64,000 nt of DNA, from the NCBI GenBank assembly GCA_964357975.1, contig CAYHNG010000005.1, forward strand, positions 1,031-65,030, read 5' to 3'. The notes below the pieces were generated by a model. It searched no databases and had not been told where the DNA came from. It saw only the letters and a program-made list of their open reading frames with translations. Both the position numbers and the translations under genes were made by a program. This DNA is from an uncultured Pseudomonadales bacterium. GTDB lineage: Bacteria; Patescibacteriota; Microgenomatia; UBA1400; MFAQ01. Of the stretch, positions 9,921 to 21,936 are shown in pieces (positions within the stretch are counted from its first letter, which is position 1; every line of letters starts with the position of its first letter).

Positions 9921-11638
9921 AATTTGATTTGAGGTATTTTACCCCTTTGAATATCTGTTGTCAAGTTATGGGCTATGCTGTGCCTGCAGGCGGTGATGAA
10001 GGCGAGAAAAATGGGGTGTGGTGTAATAGGTCGAGCAATGTATTCCGGGTGGAATTGGGTGCCAACAAAAAATGGGTGATTGGGTAGTTCGATAGATTCC
10101 ACCAATTGCCCATCTGGAGAAAGGCCGCTGATAATTAGCCCGGCATTTTCTAGCTGTTCTCGATACTCGTTATTAAACTCATAACGGTGGCGATGTCTTT
10201 CGTAGATGATGGATTTGTTTTGGAAATCGTTACCTTTGAACCAGGGAGAAGTTTTGTCGGTGGAGTATTTTTTGTAGGCGTTTTTGATCTTGGTGCCATC
10301 TTGTAAAATGGTCGGCCAAGAGCCCAGTCGAATGGTCCCGCCATACTGTTTTTTGGCTAGGTACTCCACTTGTGTCGGCATAACGTGGATGACCGGGTGC
10401 GCGGTCTGCGGGTCGGCTTCGGTGGAATTGGCTCCTTTGAGATGCACTACATTGCGGGCAAACTCAATGACCGCCATTTGCATGCCAAAACATAATCCCA
10501 AATAGGGAATTTTTTTCTCTCGGGCTTGTCTCACCGCTTGTAGCTTACCTTCTGTTCCCCTACTCCCCCACCCTTGTGGGACAATAATTCCGTCATAAAG
10601 ACTTAAATCAATATTTTTCTTTTCCATGTCTTCACTATCGATCCAGTCCAGAACCGGTCTGACCCCATGTGACCAGGAAGCCTGTTTAAGAGCTTCGATG
10701 ACCGAAATGTATGAATCGGTGAGTTTGTAATCTCCGGTAGCGAAGTATTTACCAACCATAGCAATCCTCACTTCTTGTTTTGTTTGATGGCTGAGTAAAG
10801 CAAACTTTTTCCATGCGGATAAAAGATGGTCTTTTTTGGTCTTTAAATGTAACTTGCGAGCAATTTTTTCTCCAAATTTTTGTTTAGACATGTATTCGGG
10901 TACGTCATAGACACTGTCCAGATCGGGGGCGCCAATAATGTCCTCATCTTGTAGATTGCAGAAAGTGGCCAGCTTCTCTTTGCGTTTTTGGTCGATTTCC
11001 TTTTCACTTCTGGCTACCAAAAAATCCGGTTGAATTCCCATAGCGTTTAAGAGGTGGGTGGATTGCTGGGCAGGTTTACTTTTTAATTCACCGATATTTT
11101 TTAAGAAAGGCAGGTAGGTGACATGAATTTGCAGAACGTCTTTCGGCTGACGGAGTTTAAGGATACGACTGGCTTCGAAGAAAATTCCGTTTTGATACTC
11201 CCCCACTGTACCTCCGAGTTCTACAATGACTACTTTGGCATGAGTTTTTTTGCCGGCGCTTTCCAGTCGGTGGATAATTTCGTCGGTGACGTGATGGACC
11301 GCTTCAACATCTTCTCCACCATAGCCAAAAGCTCTTTCTCGATCGATCACGGTTTTGTATATTTGGCCTGTGGTTAGATAGTTATCTCGTAATAAGGACT
11401 CTCCGGTAAATCGTTCGTAGTTGCCTAGATCTTGGTCGGTTTCCAGGCCATCTTCGGTAACAAAAGCCTCTCCGTGCTCTTGTGGACGAATGGTACCAGC
11501 ATCGACATTGAGATACATATCGATTTTTACATTGGTTATCGCGATACCCAGATTCTTTAACAAGAGACCAATACTGGCTGAAGCAATCCCCTTCCCCAGC
11601 CCACTAACCACTCCACCGGAAACGAAAATATATTTCAT
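9905..11638 (-). CDS. pyrG: CTP synthase
   Basis: MKYIFVSGGVVSGLGKG, ETDQDLGNYERF, GLCFGMQ, ERHRHRYE, QFHPE; start set at MKYIF. Confidence 0.97.
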   Translation of the reverse strand: MKYIFVSGGVVSGLGKGIASASIGLLLKNLGIAITNVKIDMYLNVDAGTIRPQEHGEAFVTEDGLETDQDLGNYERFTGESLLRDNYLTTGQIYKTVIDRERAFGYGGEDVEAVHHVTDEIIHRLESAGKKTHAKVVIVELGGTVGEYQNGIFFEASRILKLRQPKDVLQIHVTYLPFLKNIGELKSKPAQQSTHLLNAMGIQPDFLVARSEKEIDQKRKEKLATFCNLQDEDIIGAPDLDSVYDVPEYMSKQKFGEKIARKLHLKTKKDHLLSAWKKFALLSHQTKQEVRIAMVGKYFATGDYKLTDSYISVIEALKQASWSHGVRPVLDWIDSEDMEKKNIDLSLYDGIIVPQGWGSRGTEGKLQAVRQAREKKIPYLGLCFGMQMAVIEFARNVVHLKGANSTEADPQTAHPVIHVMPTQVEYLAKKQYGGTIRLGSWPTILQDGTKIKNAYKKYSTDKTSPWFKGNDFQNKSIIYERHRHRYEFNNEYREQLENAGLIISGLSPDGQLVESIELPNHPFFVGTQFHPEYIARPITPHPIFLAFITACRHSIAHNLTTDIQRGKIPQIKFWRLP

Positions 11639-11698
11639 TAAGTAATAATGGGCGGCATTATCCACAAAAACAAGACCTATCTTTTTTTCTGTTACAAT

Positions 11699-12229
11699 TT
11701 ATTCTGGTCGTTGGCCCTCGAAATCCTGGATTTTTTCGACAATTTGGTCAATGATTTTTTCGTTTTCATCAAACATAAAGCTGGCTTTCACTTTAGATCC
11801 TCCTAAAATTATTGGAAACCAGATTTCGTCATCCCACCACATGTCTTGGTATGGAATATCATCATATTTGAACCATTGAGGTTTCATCTCTTCTGTTTCT
11901 TGAGGTTTGTGAATCCATTGTCGACAGATATAAACATGGACCTGTTGATGGAGACCCCTGCCTTCTAGATTGTAGGGATGATAGAAGTTGATGATACCGA
12001 CCTGCTCAAGGTTCAGTGGCGTAACTCCGATTTCTTCTTGTGTCTCTCTAATGGCAGCGTCAATTATCTTTTCACTTTCGTTTGCCTTTCCTCCTACGCC
12101 ATTCCATTTTCCCACTCCAAATCCTCTCTTTTTCATGGCCAAAAGAATTTGATTGTCTCTCAATAAAAGAGTCAGAGTGACTTGACGCAATGGTTCTGTG
12201 AGAGTGGGTTCGTATTCCTTGATGTTCAC
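11699..12229 (-). CDS. NUDIX hydrolase, MTH1/8-oxo-dGTP diphosphatase-like
   Basis: LLAMKKRGFGVGKWNGVGGK...RETQEEIG Nudix box, ETEEMKPQWF, MWWDD. Confidence 0.85.
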   Translation of the reverse strand: MNIKEYEPTLTEPLRQVTLTLLLRDNQILLAMKKRGFGVGKWNGVGGKANESEKIIDAAIRETQEEIGVTPLNLEQVGIINFYHPYNLEGRGLHQQVHVYICRQWIHKPQETEEMKPQWFKYDDIPYQDMWWDDEIWFPIILGGSKVKASFMFDENEKIIDQIVEKIQDFEGQRPE

Positions 12230-12230
12230 A

Positions 12231-14858
12231 CTATTCCTCTTCAGATTCGGAGATGACGGTGACGGCGACGATGCTATCTCCTTCTTTAGCGAAGCGCATT
12301 AGAATAACACCCTGTGTGGCGCGTCCGAGTCTTGGAATGTTGCGTACCGGAAGTTTAATGGCCTGGCCCTGTGAAGTAGTAATAAGAACTACCTCCGAGT
12401 CTTGGTCGACCAATAGAGCTCCGGCAATTTTGCCTGTCTTATCGGCCGTTTCACTAACCTTTAACCCCTGTCCGGAACGATTCTGAACTGGATATTCCGG
12501 TAGTGGTGTTCGTTTGCCCATACCTTTTTCGGTAACTACCAAGAGATCACGGAAGAGCTTTACCCTTTTGTCGGAAGAAATGGGTTCGGTTTCGGCAAAT
12601 GATTCCATAGAGATAATGTAATCATCCCCTTTGAGGAGTATACCGCGGACTCCCATAGTGTCTCTGTCTGTAGGACGAACATCGCCTTCTTGGAAGCGAA
12701 TGGACTTTCCGTCGCGGCTAACCAGGAGAATGTGATCACTGCCGGATGTTTTGTTTACCCAGACCAAACTGTCTTGATCGGTCAGCTTAATAGCGATTAA
12801 GCCATTACTTTTGATATTTTCGTATTTACTGAGGACGGTTCGTTTGACAATACCTTTCTTGGTAGTGAAGAATAGACAGTCATTCTTATTGATCTGTGAT
12901 GAGAGGGGAAGAATCGACTGTATCGTTTCGTCGGTATCGATGTTGATCAAATTAATGATGGCCTGACCTTTACTAATGCGACTGCCTTCAGGTAGTTCCC
13001 AGACCTTAAGTGAAAATACTTTTCCCTTACTGGAGAAGACCAAGAGACGGTCGTGGGTGTTGGCGTTAGTTAGGAGGTGAATTTCGTCGGTATCTTTGAT
13101 GGTCATACCGGACACTCCTTTCCCTCCTCTTTTTTGGGTTTTGAAAGTGGCCAAAGGCATTCGTTTGATGTAACCGGACTTGGTAAGAGCCACAATAGTT
13201 TCTTCGGCGGGAATGAGATCCTCTTCCGAGAAGGTGCCGGGTGCATTGGACACGATCTTGGTTTTTCTTTTTTCCGGATAGTCTATAGCCAGTTTGGTGA
13301 TTTCATCCTTGATGATTTGAAGAACTTCTTTGGGATCTTTGAGAATGGAAACGAGTCGTTCGATCTGTTTCTTGAGTTCTTGGTACTCGGCCTCGATCTT
13401 TTGTCTTTCCAATGCGGCCAGTTTTCTGAGCTGCATGTCTAAGATAGCGATCGATTGAATTTCCGAAAGACCAAACTTGGACATGAGGTTTGTTTTGGCG
13501 GTTTCGCTATCGGGACTCTTTTTGATGGTTTCAATGACTTCATCAATGTTGCTAAGGGCAATAAGTAGTCCTTCCAAAATGTGGGCGCGGTCTTGGGCTG
13601 TTTTAAGTTCAAACTGACTGCGTCTGACGATTACTCCTTGTCGGTGAACGGTGTACTCCATTAAAATTTGTTTGAGGTTCAAGAGATGAGGAGTTCCGTC
13701 TGAAGTTAGAGCTACGACGTTGGCCGGAAAACTCGTCTGTAACTCAGTAAATTTATAGAGATTGTTTAAAACGCTTTTGGGCTTGGCGTCTTTTTTAAGA
13801 TCGACGGCGACGGTCATACCCTTGCGGTCAGATTCGTCCCTGAGGTCTGCAATGCCGTCCAGTCTTTTCTTTTTTACCAGTTCGGCGATGTTCGTGATGA
13901 GCTTGGCTTTGTTTACTTGATATGGTAGTTCGGTAATGAGAATTTGGAAACGCCCATTCTTCTTCTCGACAATTTCGGCGACTCCCCGAACAATAATACT
14001 GGCTTTACCGGTGGCATAAAGTTTTTTGATCTCGTTCGTATCATAAATAATTCCGGCTGTCGGGAAGTCCGGTCCCTTGATGTGTTGGCATAGATCATCA
14101 ATTTCTACAGAGGACTCAAGAGATCCAATTAAATCACGATATGGAGCCGAAACGAGCTGGTCGTCGGCATATTGCTTGGTGACTGTCGCGTTACTTCTAT
14201 CGATTAAAGCTTTGATGGCATCGACTACTTCCAGCAGGTTGTGCGGTGGAATCTTGGTAGCCATACCGACAGCGATACCGTCCGAACCCATAAGTAAGAG
14301 ATTGGGTAGCTTGGCCGGTAAAACAGTGGGCTCTTGCTGGGAACCGTCAAAGTTGTCAACTAAATCGACCGTTCTTTTGTCAATATCTTCAAGTGCTTCA
14401 CCGGCGATCTTACTCAAACGAGCTTCGGTATAACGCATGGCGGCAGCGGAGTCACCGTCAACGGATCCAAAATTACCCTGACCATCAATGAGTGGATAGC
14501 GCATGGAAAAGGTCTGAGCCAGACGGACCATGGTTTGATAAACCGCTTGATCGCCGTGAGGATGATATTTCCCTAAAACTTCTCCGACAATACGAGCAGA
14601 CTTTTTGTAAGCACTTTTGTGGGTAAGACCCATCTCTTTCATGGCGAAAAGAATGCGACGATGAACCGGCTTGAGACCATCGCGAACGTCGGGAAGGGCG
14701 CGGGCGACGATCACCGACATGGCATAGTCCAAATAGGACCGTTCCATTTCTTCAATGATCGGTGTGGTTCTAATTAGACCCCATTGTGTTTGTTCGTCCG
14801 GTACGGGGACGGAGGTGGTGGTTTCTTGTTCCGGGTCTAGGTTTTGATTTTCGTCCAT
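12231..14858 (-). CDS. gyrA: DNA gyrase subunit A
   Basis: [26 protein letters not shown], GyrA-box QKRGGKG, beta-pinwheel repeats. Confidence 0.97.
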   Translation of the reverse strand: MDENQNLDPEQETTTSVPVPDEQTQWGLIRTTPIIEEMERSYLDYAMSVIVARALPDVRDGLKPVHRRILFAMKEMGLTHKSAYKKSARIVGEVLGKYHPHGDQAVYQTMVRLAQTFSMRYPLIDGQGNFGSVDGDSAAAMRYTEARLSKIAGEALEDIDKRTVDLVDNFDGSQQEPTVLPAKLPNLLLMGSDGIAVGMATKIPPHNLLEVVDAIKALIDRSNATVTKQYADDQLVSAPYRDLIGSLESSVEIDDLCQHIKGPDFPTAGIIYDTNEIKKLYATGKASIIVRGVAEIVEKKNGRFQILITELPYQVNKAKLITNIAELVKKKRLDGIADLRDESDRKGMTVAVDLKKDAKPKSVLNNLYKFTELQTSFPANVVALTSDGTPHLLNLKQILMEYTVHRQGVIVRRSQFELKTAQDRAHILEGLLIALSNIDEVIETIKKSPDSETAKTNLMSKFGLSEIQSIAILDMQLRKLAALERQKIEAEYQELKKQIERLVSILKDPKEVLQIIKDEITKLAIDYPEKRKTKIVSNAPGTFSEEDLIPAEETIVALTKSGYIKRMPLATFKTQKRGGKGVSGMTIKDTDEIHLLTNANTHDRLLVFSSKGKVFSLKVWELPEGSRISKGQAIINLINIDTDETIQSILPLSSQINKNDCLFFTTKKGIVKRTVLSKYENIKSNGLIAIKLTDQDSLVWVNKTSGSDHILLVSRDGKSIRFQEGDVRPTDRDTMGVRGILLKGDDYIISMESFAETEPISSDKRVKLFRDLLVVTEKGMGKRTPLPEYPVQNRSGQGLKVSETADKTGKIAGALLVDQDSEVVLITTSQGQAIKLPVRNIPRLGRATQGVILMRFAKEGDSIVAVTVISESEEE

Positions 14859-14867
14859 GTGTTTTAT

Positions 14868-15803
14868 TTATTGTGTTAAAGCTTTTTCGATGGCGGGAGC
14901 GATATCTTTTTTGCGGGACATTTTGGCACCAATGTCGAGAAGATTTTCTTGGACGGTACCACCGAAAGCCTTTTGGATTAAATCGATCTCCCCTGCGCCA
15001 CCGACTAATAATTTGGTGTTAACTTTTAGAATATTGGTTACAGCTAAGATAATGAAATCGACAGCCTCCCTCTCTTTAATTAATTGAAGTGCGGATAAAA
15101 GACCCTGTTTTCTGGTAGAAAGTAACAGGCCTTGTTCAACAGTTTCAAGTTGGCCAATTAGAACTTTTTTCCCGAAATCAAAAATTTTAAAATCATTAAG
15201 GACAGCCTGCTCGTCTGTTAAAGAAGATACGTTTGACTTTTCTTTAAATATTTCGAGTGTTAACGATTCGATATCAATAATCCCCGTAATCTCGGCGAGA
15301 TTTTTGACAGCTGTTCTGTCGGTCTCGGTTGTGGTCGAGGATTTTAGGCCAACAGTGTCCGAAAGAATGGCCGTGAGCATTAGTTTGGCTGTATCCTGAG
15401 GAATCGTAAAATTATTTTGCTTAAACAATTTCCAAGCAATGGTGTTTGATGACCCCAGTGGAAGAACTACAATTTCAATGGGGTGAGTCAGGTTTAGATA
15501 AACGGTATGATGATCGTAAATAGCAATTATTTGTTCCTGATTGATGCCTGAAATTCTTTGATCGGTTTCGTTGTGGTCTACGAGGATAATTTTATCCTCA
15601 GGTGTAATCGTCTCAGCGGTTAACTGCTGTGGAAGTGGAAAACCGAATTTATTAAAAACAAATTTTGTTTCCGGATTCGCATCGCCGTTCATCGCCGGAA
15701 CAACGTCAATATCCCCAAGGAGTTTCCGGAATTCCGCGAAGGAAATTGCCGCGACGACGGAGTCGAGGTCTGGTTTGATATGGCCAAAGACGTAAGTTTT
15801 CAT
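14868..15803 (-). CDS. ppaC: Manganese-dependent inorganic pyrophosphatase (DHH family)
   Basis: GHIKPDLDS, LVDHNE, DHH, ILSDT and C-terminal SRKK motifs. Confidence 0.92.
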   Translation of the reverse strand: MKTYVFGHIKPDLDSVVAAISFAEFRKLLGDIDVVPAMNGDANPETKFVFNKFGFPLPQQLTAETITPEDKIILVDHNETDQRISGINQEQIIAIYDHHTVYLNLTHPIEIVVLPLGSSNTIAWKLFKQNNFTIPQDTAKLMLTAILSDTVGLKSSTTTETDRTAVKNLAEITGIIDIESLTLEIFKEKSNVSSLTDEQAVLNDFKIFDFGKKVLIGQLETVEQGLLLSTRKQGLLSALQLIKEREAVDFIILAVTNILKVNTKLLVGGAGEIDLIQKAFGGTVQENLLDIGAKMSRKKDIAPAIEKALTQ

Positions 15804-15853
15804 GTAAATATTTTAGATTTTAAATTGTATATTTTTTATTAAGTTGGTGGAGG

Positions 15854-15881
15854 GAGATTCCTCCACTTTGGTCGGAATGAC
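15854..15881. repeat. CGTC-type REP-like palindrome
   Basis: GAGATTCCTCCACTTTGGTCGGAATGAC; related to copies at 32663, 50388 and 53718. Confidence 0.6.
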
Positions 15882-15887
15882 GATTAA

Positions 15888-17882
<1,995 letters not shown>

Positions 17883-17959
17883 TTATATTTAAGATTTTAC
17901 TTTGTACATTTAGTGAAACACGCGCGGGTTCATTTTAACTCATGCTTTAGAATATGTAT

Positions 17960-18595
17960 ATGTTACCAAAAATAACCGTAGGTTTTTTTGACGAGAAAAA
18001 GGAGTTACTCTCCAAATTATCTTTGGAGGATAATCTGGTAATGGGTTTTGAGGGGGCGGAGGCAAAGCTAGACGATCTGAGAGCATGGATATACTCGGGA
18101 ATAAATATTCTCACCACAACACCCAAGTACTCGATGATAATTTGGAACGCCGATAAAATGAGTCCCGAGTGCCAGGCTGTACTACTGAAACCAATGGAGG
18201 AGCTGGGTGATCGGATGAATCTAATTTTGGTTGTCGAAAATGAAAACCAACTCTTAGCGACGATCTTATCCAGAGGAATTGTTGAGTACCACAACAAAGC
18301 TTTTTCTCCGGCAGAAGGATGTTGGGATGAAATCAGAAAGTGTTGGAGTAGTGGTCCGGCGGCCTGCATCGCCTTTGTGGACCAGTTAGACAAAGAAGAG
18401 GCCGTGCCGGTAATGGAAGAAATTGTCAGAAAACTGCAGGCCAGCTTTCTCAGCGAAATAACCTCCAAACGGTTATCGATTTTGGATTTGGCCATCAACT
18501 GTTTGGCTGAACTAAAACAAACTAATATTAACCAAAAATTATCATTTGATAACTTTTTGATTGCTTCCTGGAGGATTATTAAATCCACGCAATAG
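17960..18595 (+). CDS. holB: DNA polymerase III delta' subunit-like protein (shortened)
   Basis: ADKMSPECQAVLLKPMEE and LLATILSR resemble the HolB LLKxLEE / TIxSR motifs; start placed 6 nt after TAGAAT. Confidence 0.6.
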   Translation: MLPKITVGFFDEKKELLSKLSLEDNLVMGFEGAEAKLDDLRAWIYSGINILTTTPKYSMIIWNADKMSPECQAVLLKPMEELGDRMNLILVVENENQLLATILSRGIVEYHNKAFSPAEGCWDEIRKCWSSGPAACIAFVDQLDKEEAVPVMEEIVRKLQASFLSEITSKRLSILDLAINCLAELKQTNINQKLSFDNFLIASWRIIKSTQ

Positions 18596-18635
18596 CCAAT
18601 CTTGTTAACCTTCAAGGCCTGGCCTTGAAGGCGTG

Positions 18636-18641
18636 TATAAT
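18636..18641 (+). promoter_or_regulatory. -10 box of leaderless RAYT-A gene
   Basis: TATAAT 4 nt after the palindrome and 8 nt before ATG; identical geometry at 44645. Confidence 0.7.
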
Positions 18642-18649
18642 TGTGACAA

Positions 18650-19345
18650 ATGCCACAGAAAAATAGTCGTAAAGAATACGGAGCTGGTGGCTATTATCAT
18701 ATTTACAATCGTGGTGTTGAGAAACGAGATATTTTTCTAGACGAACAAGACTATAAAGTCTTTCTCGGATATATGAAGTTTTACCTAGAACCTCCCGACC
18801 TTCAAGGCCAGGCCTTGAAGGATCCAGAAGGCAAGGTTATTTCTCCTTCGAGAGAACCAAAGAACTATTCTTCTCAAATCGAGTTACTGTCTTATTGCTT
18901 GATGCCAAATCACTTTCATTTACTAATTAAACAATCTACCAATAGAGGCATAGCGGAATTTATGCAATCTTTGGTGCTTAAATACGTTTTGTACTTCAAC
19001 AAGAAATACAAAAGGGTTGGGGGTTTGTTTCAGGGAAGGTATAAAACTGTTTTGATTGAGACGGAGGAACAATTTGTTTACGTTTCAAAATATATTCATC
19101 GGAACCCGATCGATCTTTTAACTTCACCTTCAAGGCCTGGCCTTGAAGGTGTTGAAGGTATCTGTGAGTATAAATATTCGAGTTGTGGTAATTATGTAGG
19201 CTTGTTCAGTCAGAACTGGGTTAAGCCACAGGAAATAAGCTCTTACTTTAAGAAGATTAAGCGTAATTCTAGCTATAGATCTTTTGTTGAGGAAGCAAGT
19301 GGTTTAACAAAAGTGTACTTTGAGATGATAGATTTAGAACAATAA
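18650..19345 (+). CDS. REP-associated tyrosine transposase-like protein (Y1_Tnp HUH), copy A
   Basis: YYHIYNRG, YCLMPNHFHLL (HUH), LFQGRY, YIHRNP (catalytic Tyr), YKYSS. Confidence 0.9.
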   Translation: MPQKNSRKEYGAGGYYHIYNRGVEKRDIFLDEQDYKVFLGYMKFYLEPPDLQGQALKDPEGKVISPSREPKNYSSQIELLSYCLMPNHFHLLIKQSTNRGIAEFMQSLVLKYVLYFNKKYKRVGGLFQGRYKTVLIETEEQFVYVSKYIHRNPIDLLTSPSRPGLEGVEGICEYKYSSCGNYVGLFSQNWVKPQEISSYFKKIKRNSSYRSFVEEASGLTKVYFEMIDLEQ

Positions 19346-19432
19346 TTTCTCTCTGCACGGTTTGCATTTCTTGAGATGGAGCCTGTCCTTCAAGGCCAGG
19401 CCTCGAAGGTGACTATATGAGAAGTGTCACCG

Positions 19433-20089
19433 TTATTGACGCATTAACGTGTTTAGGACGAAGAGGGCTTCAGTTTCATTTCGTGTGCAGTAGGATTTGC
19501 CACCGAGCGACTCAAAAAGTTCGCAGGTGGTTTGGCTGTCATCAATGATAGTGCTGTTTTCGATACTGGATCCTAAATTAGCAATTGTAGTGAGGAAGTA
19601 TTCCCCATTATTGTCTTTTTTTAAAGTTCCAATCTCGTACGAGCATTGAATCTCATCAAACGATTGGGTCAATACGGGATTGGCTGGGATGGTTAAACGC
19701 CGCAGTGAGTCCATGTTATCTGTTCTTAAAATGCAGTACCATTTTTTTCTAAGCGTTTGAACATTATTAAGAATTGGAAAGGAAATATCAATTTTTTGAC
19801 AATCTGTACAAAAGAGGTCAAATAGACTTTGATATGGGGCACCTGTTTTTGCGGCTATTAACTGGTGAATCTGCTCACTAGTATATTTGCCCCGCATCCA
19901 ATCATCCACCAACCCGGTAATCTTGGTTTCACCCACAAACAAAAAGTCTTCGATAGAATCGTAATAAGAATTGAGAGGATGAGTCTGGTTGCGAATACTG
20001 TCCCAAAAAGTATTATAAGAAATGACGCCGTTAAAATCGACGAAAAGGATCTTTTTGGGAAACGTTTGGTCTTTTTTTTCAACTTTCAT
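19433..20089 (-). CDS. HAD-superfamily hydrolase
   Basis: ILFVDFNGVI (motif I variant), TDN, IIDD (motif IV). Confidence 0.7.
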   Translation of the reverse strand: MKVEKKDQTFPKKILFVDFNGVISYNTFWDSIRNQTHPLNSYYDSIEDFLFVGETKITGLVDDWMRGKYTSEQIHQLIAAKTGAPYQSLFDLFCTDCQKIDISFPILNNVQTLRKKWYCILRTDNMDSLRRLTIPANPVLTQSFDEIQCSYEIGTLKKDNNGEYFLTTIANLGSSIENSTIIDDSQTTCELFESLGGKSYCTRNETEALFVLNTLMRQ

Positions 20090-20160
20090 GATGGTTGATT
20101 ATTGTTGTACTATTCAAACAGGTCCAGGTCAAGAAGGGAGAAATTTGCTATAGTTAAGAT

Positions 20161-21921
20161 ATGGATTATCAGGACAAGGCTTTGTTGGATTTTTTGATTT
20201 CATCCGGTAGATTGGATGCCGAGAAGGCGGAGGGTCTCAAGGTGGAAGCGTTGACCACAGGGAAAAAATTGTCCGAGTTACTGATGGAAAGAGGAATTAT
20301 CGGTGAGGAAGATTTGTCTCAAGCGAGAGCCAAGATTCTGAATATCCCCTATTTTTCGGAAAGCAAGATTTCAATTAGTCCGGAATTGTTGTCGCTTGTA
20401 TCGGTAGATTTGGCCAAGAGCTATGGAGTGATACCCTTTGAACTGGATAAGGAGGCCGGAGTGTTGAGTATGATTATGGTCAAGCCGGAGGAGCTGTCCA
20501 CGGTGGATTTCTTCCAAAAAAGAACCGGGTATAAGATCAAGTCTTTTTTAACCTCGAAGGCCAATTTTGATGTGTTGTTAACTAATGTCTACAGTCAAAG
20601 CTTGTCCGGAGAGATTTCCGGAGTTCTGAAACGGGGAAAAGAACAATCGGAAGAATCCGGAATTAGATTGGTGACGGCCGATACAATTTCGCAAATAATT
20701 AAGGAGCCAAAAATTGTTGAAATCGTCAGAAAAATATTAAAACACGCGATTCGGCTAAGAGCTTCCGATGTACATATCGAGCCGCAAGAAAATATCACCC
20801 GAGTGAGATACCGAATTGATGGTATTTTGGAAGAAAAGTTGACTTTGGATAAAGACTATCATGCCGCATTGGTTTCCCGTATCAAAATTCTGAGCGGCAT
20901 GAAAATTGATGAAAAAAGAATTCCTCAGGATGGACGTTTTAATTTTAGTTCGGAGTACGGTGAAGTGGACCTACGTATTTCCTCTCTTCCAACCGTAAAT
21001 GGAGAAAAAATCGTGATGCGACTTCTTAAGAAATCCGAGAAGGTTCCAACGTTATCGGAGCTGGGAATTAGGGCGAAAGCATTGGCCACGTTGGAAGAGG
21101 CCATTCACATTCCACACGGTATTATCTTGGCGACCGGTCCTACCGGATCCGGTAAAACCACTACTCTGTATTCTCTCCTGACAATGATCAATAGTCCGAA
21201 GGTAAACATTGTGACCTTGGAGGATCCGGTTGAGTACCAAATGAATGGTGTCAATCAGGTCCAGGTAAATCCACAAGCCGGTTTGACTTTTGCTTCCGGA
21301 CTGCGTTCATTTCTCCGTCAAGATCCCAATATCATCATGGTGGGTGAAATTCGTGATGAAGAAACGGCCCAACTGGCGATTCAGGCGTCACTCACGGGAC
21401 ATTTGGTGTTTTCCACGGTTCACACAAACTCTTCTTCCGGCGCACTGCCTCGTTTGTTAGATATGGGCGCCGAACCCTTTTTGCTGGCATCTTCGATGAC
21501 GGCGGCCATAGGGCAACGTGTTTTGAGAAAGATCTGTGATAACTGCAAACAGGCTTATGTACCGGAGCAGTCCGTGGTGGAGGACGTACAGCAAGTTTTG
21601 GGTAAAATGCTTGATGGTTGGCTCAAGTCCAGCTCCGACAAAACAACTCAGGTGAAGCAGAACAATGTACCCTTTATGCTTTATAAGGGGGCGGGTTGTG
21701 AAAAGTGCGGAGACTCGGGATATTTTGGGAGAATGGGAATTTATGAAGTGTTGAGAATTTCGGAAAAGATTGCCCGACTAATTTTGGAACGGGCTGATGC
21801 CGCAACAATTGAAAAGCAAGCTATGGAAGACGGTATGATAATTATGAAGCAAGACGGGTACCTGAAAGTTCTTGAAGGGATCACGACTCTTGAAGAAGTT
21901 ATTAGAGTGGCTCAAGTATAA
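20161..21921 (+). CDS. pilB: Type IV pilus assembly ATPase PilB/GspE
   Basis: ASDVHIEP, RIPQDGR, GPTGSGKTT, RQDPNIIMVGEIRD, CxxC...CxxC. Confidence 0.92.
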   Translation: MDYQDKALLDFLISSGRLDAEKAEGLKVEALTTGKKLSELLMERGIIGEEDLSQARAKILNIPYFSESKISISPELLSLVSVDLAKSYGVIPFELDKEAGVLSMIMVKPEELSTVDFFQKRTGYKIKSFLTSKANFDVLLTNVYSQSLSGEISGVLKRGKEQSEESGIRLVTADTISQIIKEPKIVEIVRKILKHAIRLRASDVHIEPQENITRVRYRIDGILEEKLTLDKDYHAALVSRIKILSGMKIDEKRIPQDGRFNFSSEYGEVDLRISSLPTVNGEKIVMRLLKKSEKVPTLSELGIRAKALATLEEAIHIPHGIILATGPTGSGKTTTLYSLLTMINSPKVNIVTLEDPVEYQMNGVNQVQVNPQAGLTFASGLRSFLRQDPNIIMVGEIRDEETAQLAIQASLTGHLVFSTVHTNSSSGALPRLLDMGAEPFLLASSMTAAIGQRVLRKICDNCKQAYVPEQSVVEDVQQVLGKMLDGWLKSSSDKTTQVKQNNVPFMLYKGAGCEKCGDSGYFGRMGIYEVLRISEKIARLILERADAATIEKQAMEDGMIIMKQDGYLKVLEGITTLEEVIRVAQV

Positions 21922-21936
21922 ATATATAACCACAAT

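Larger units (their letters stand above)
18609..19409 (+). mobile_element. RAYT-like locus A: Y1-HUH transposase with four 23-bp palindromes CCTTCAAGGCC(T/A)GGCCTTGAAGG
   Basis: Palindromes at 18609-18631, 18799-18821, 19127-19149 and 19387-19409 (last has 1 mismatch). Confidence 0.85.

Noticed and set aside
17947-18615. 222-aa minus-strand ORF
   Set aside because: Antisense to the HolB-like gene, with no motifs
18650-19345. Canonical IS200/IS605 element
   Set aside because: No tnpB, the protein is longer than IS200 TnpA, and it has RAYT-type FQxRY / YIHxNP / YSS motifs
18609-19409. Repeated palindromes as a CRISPR array
   Set aside because: Spacing is irregular (190-328 bp), orientations alternate, two copies are coding, and there are no cas genes
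20161-20330. c-di-GMP-binding MshEN motif in the PilB proteins
   Set aside because: Both N-termini are degenerate and lack RLG, so binding cannot be supported
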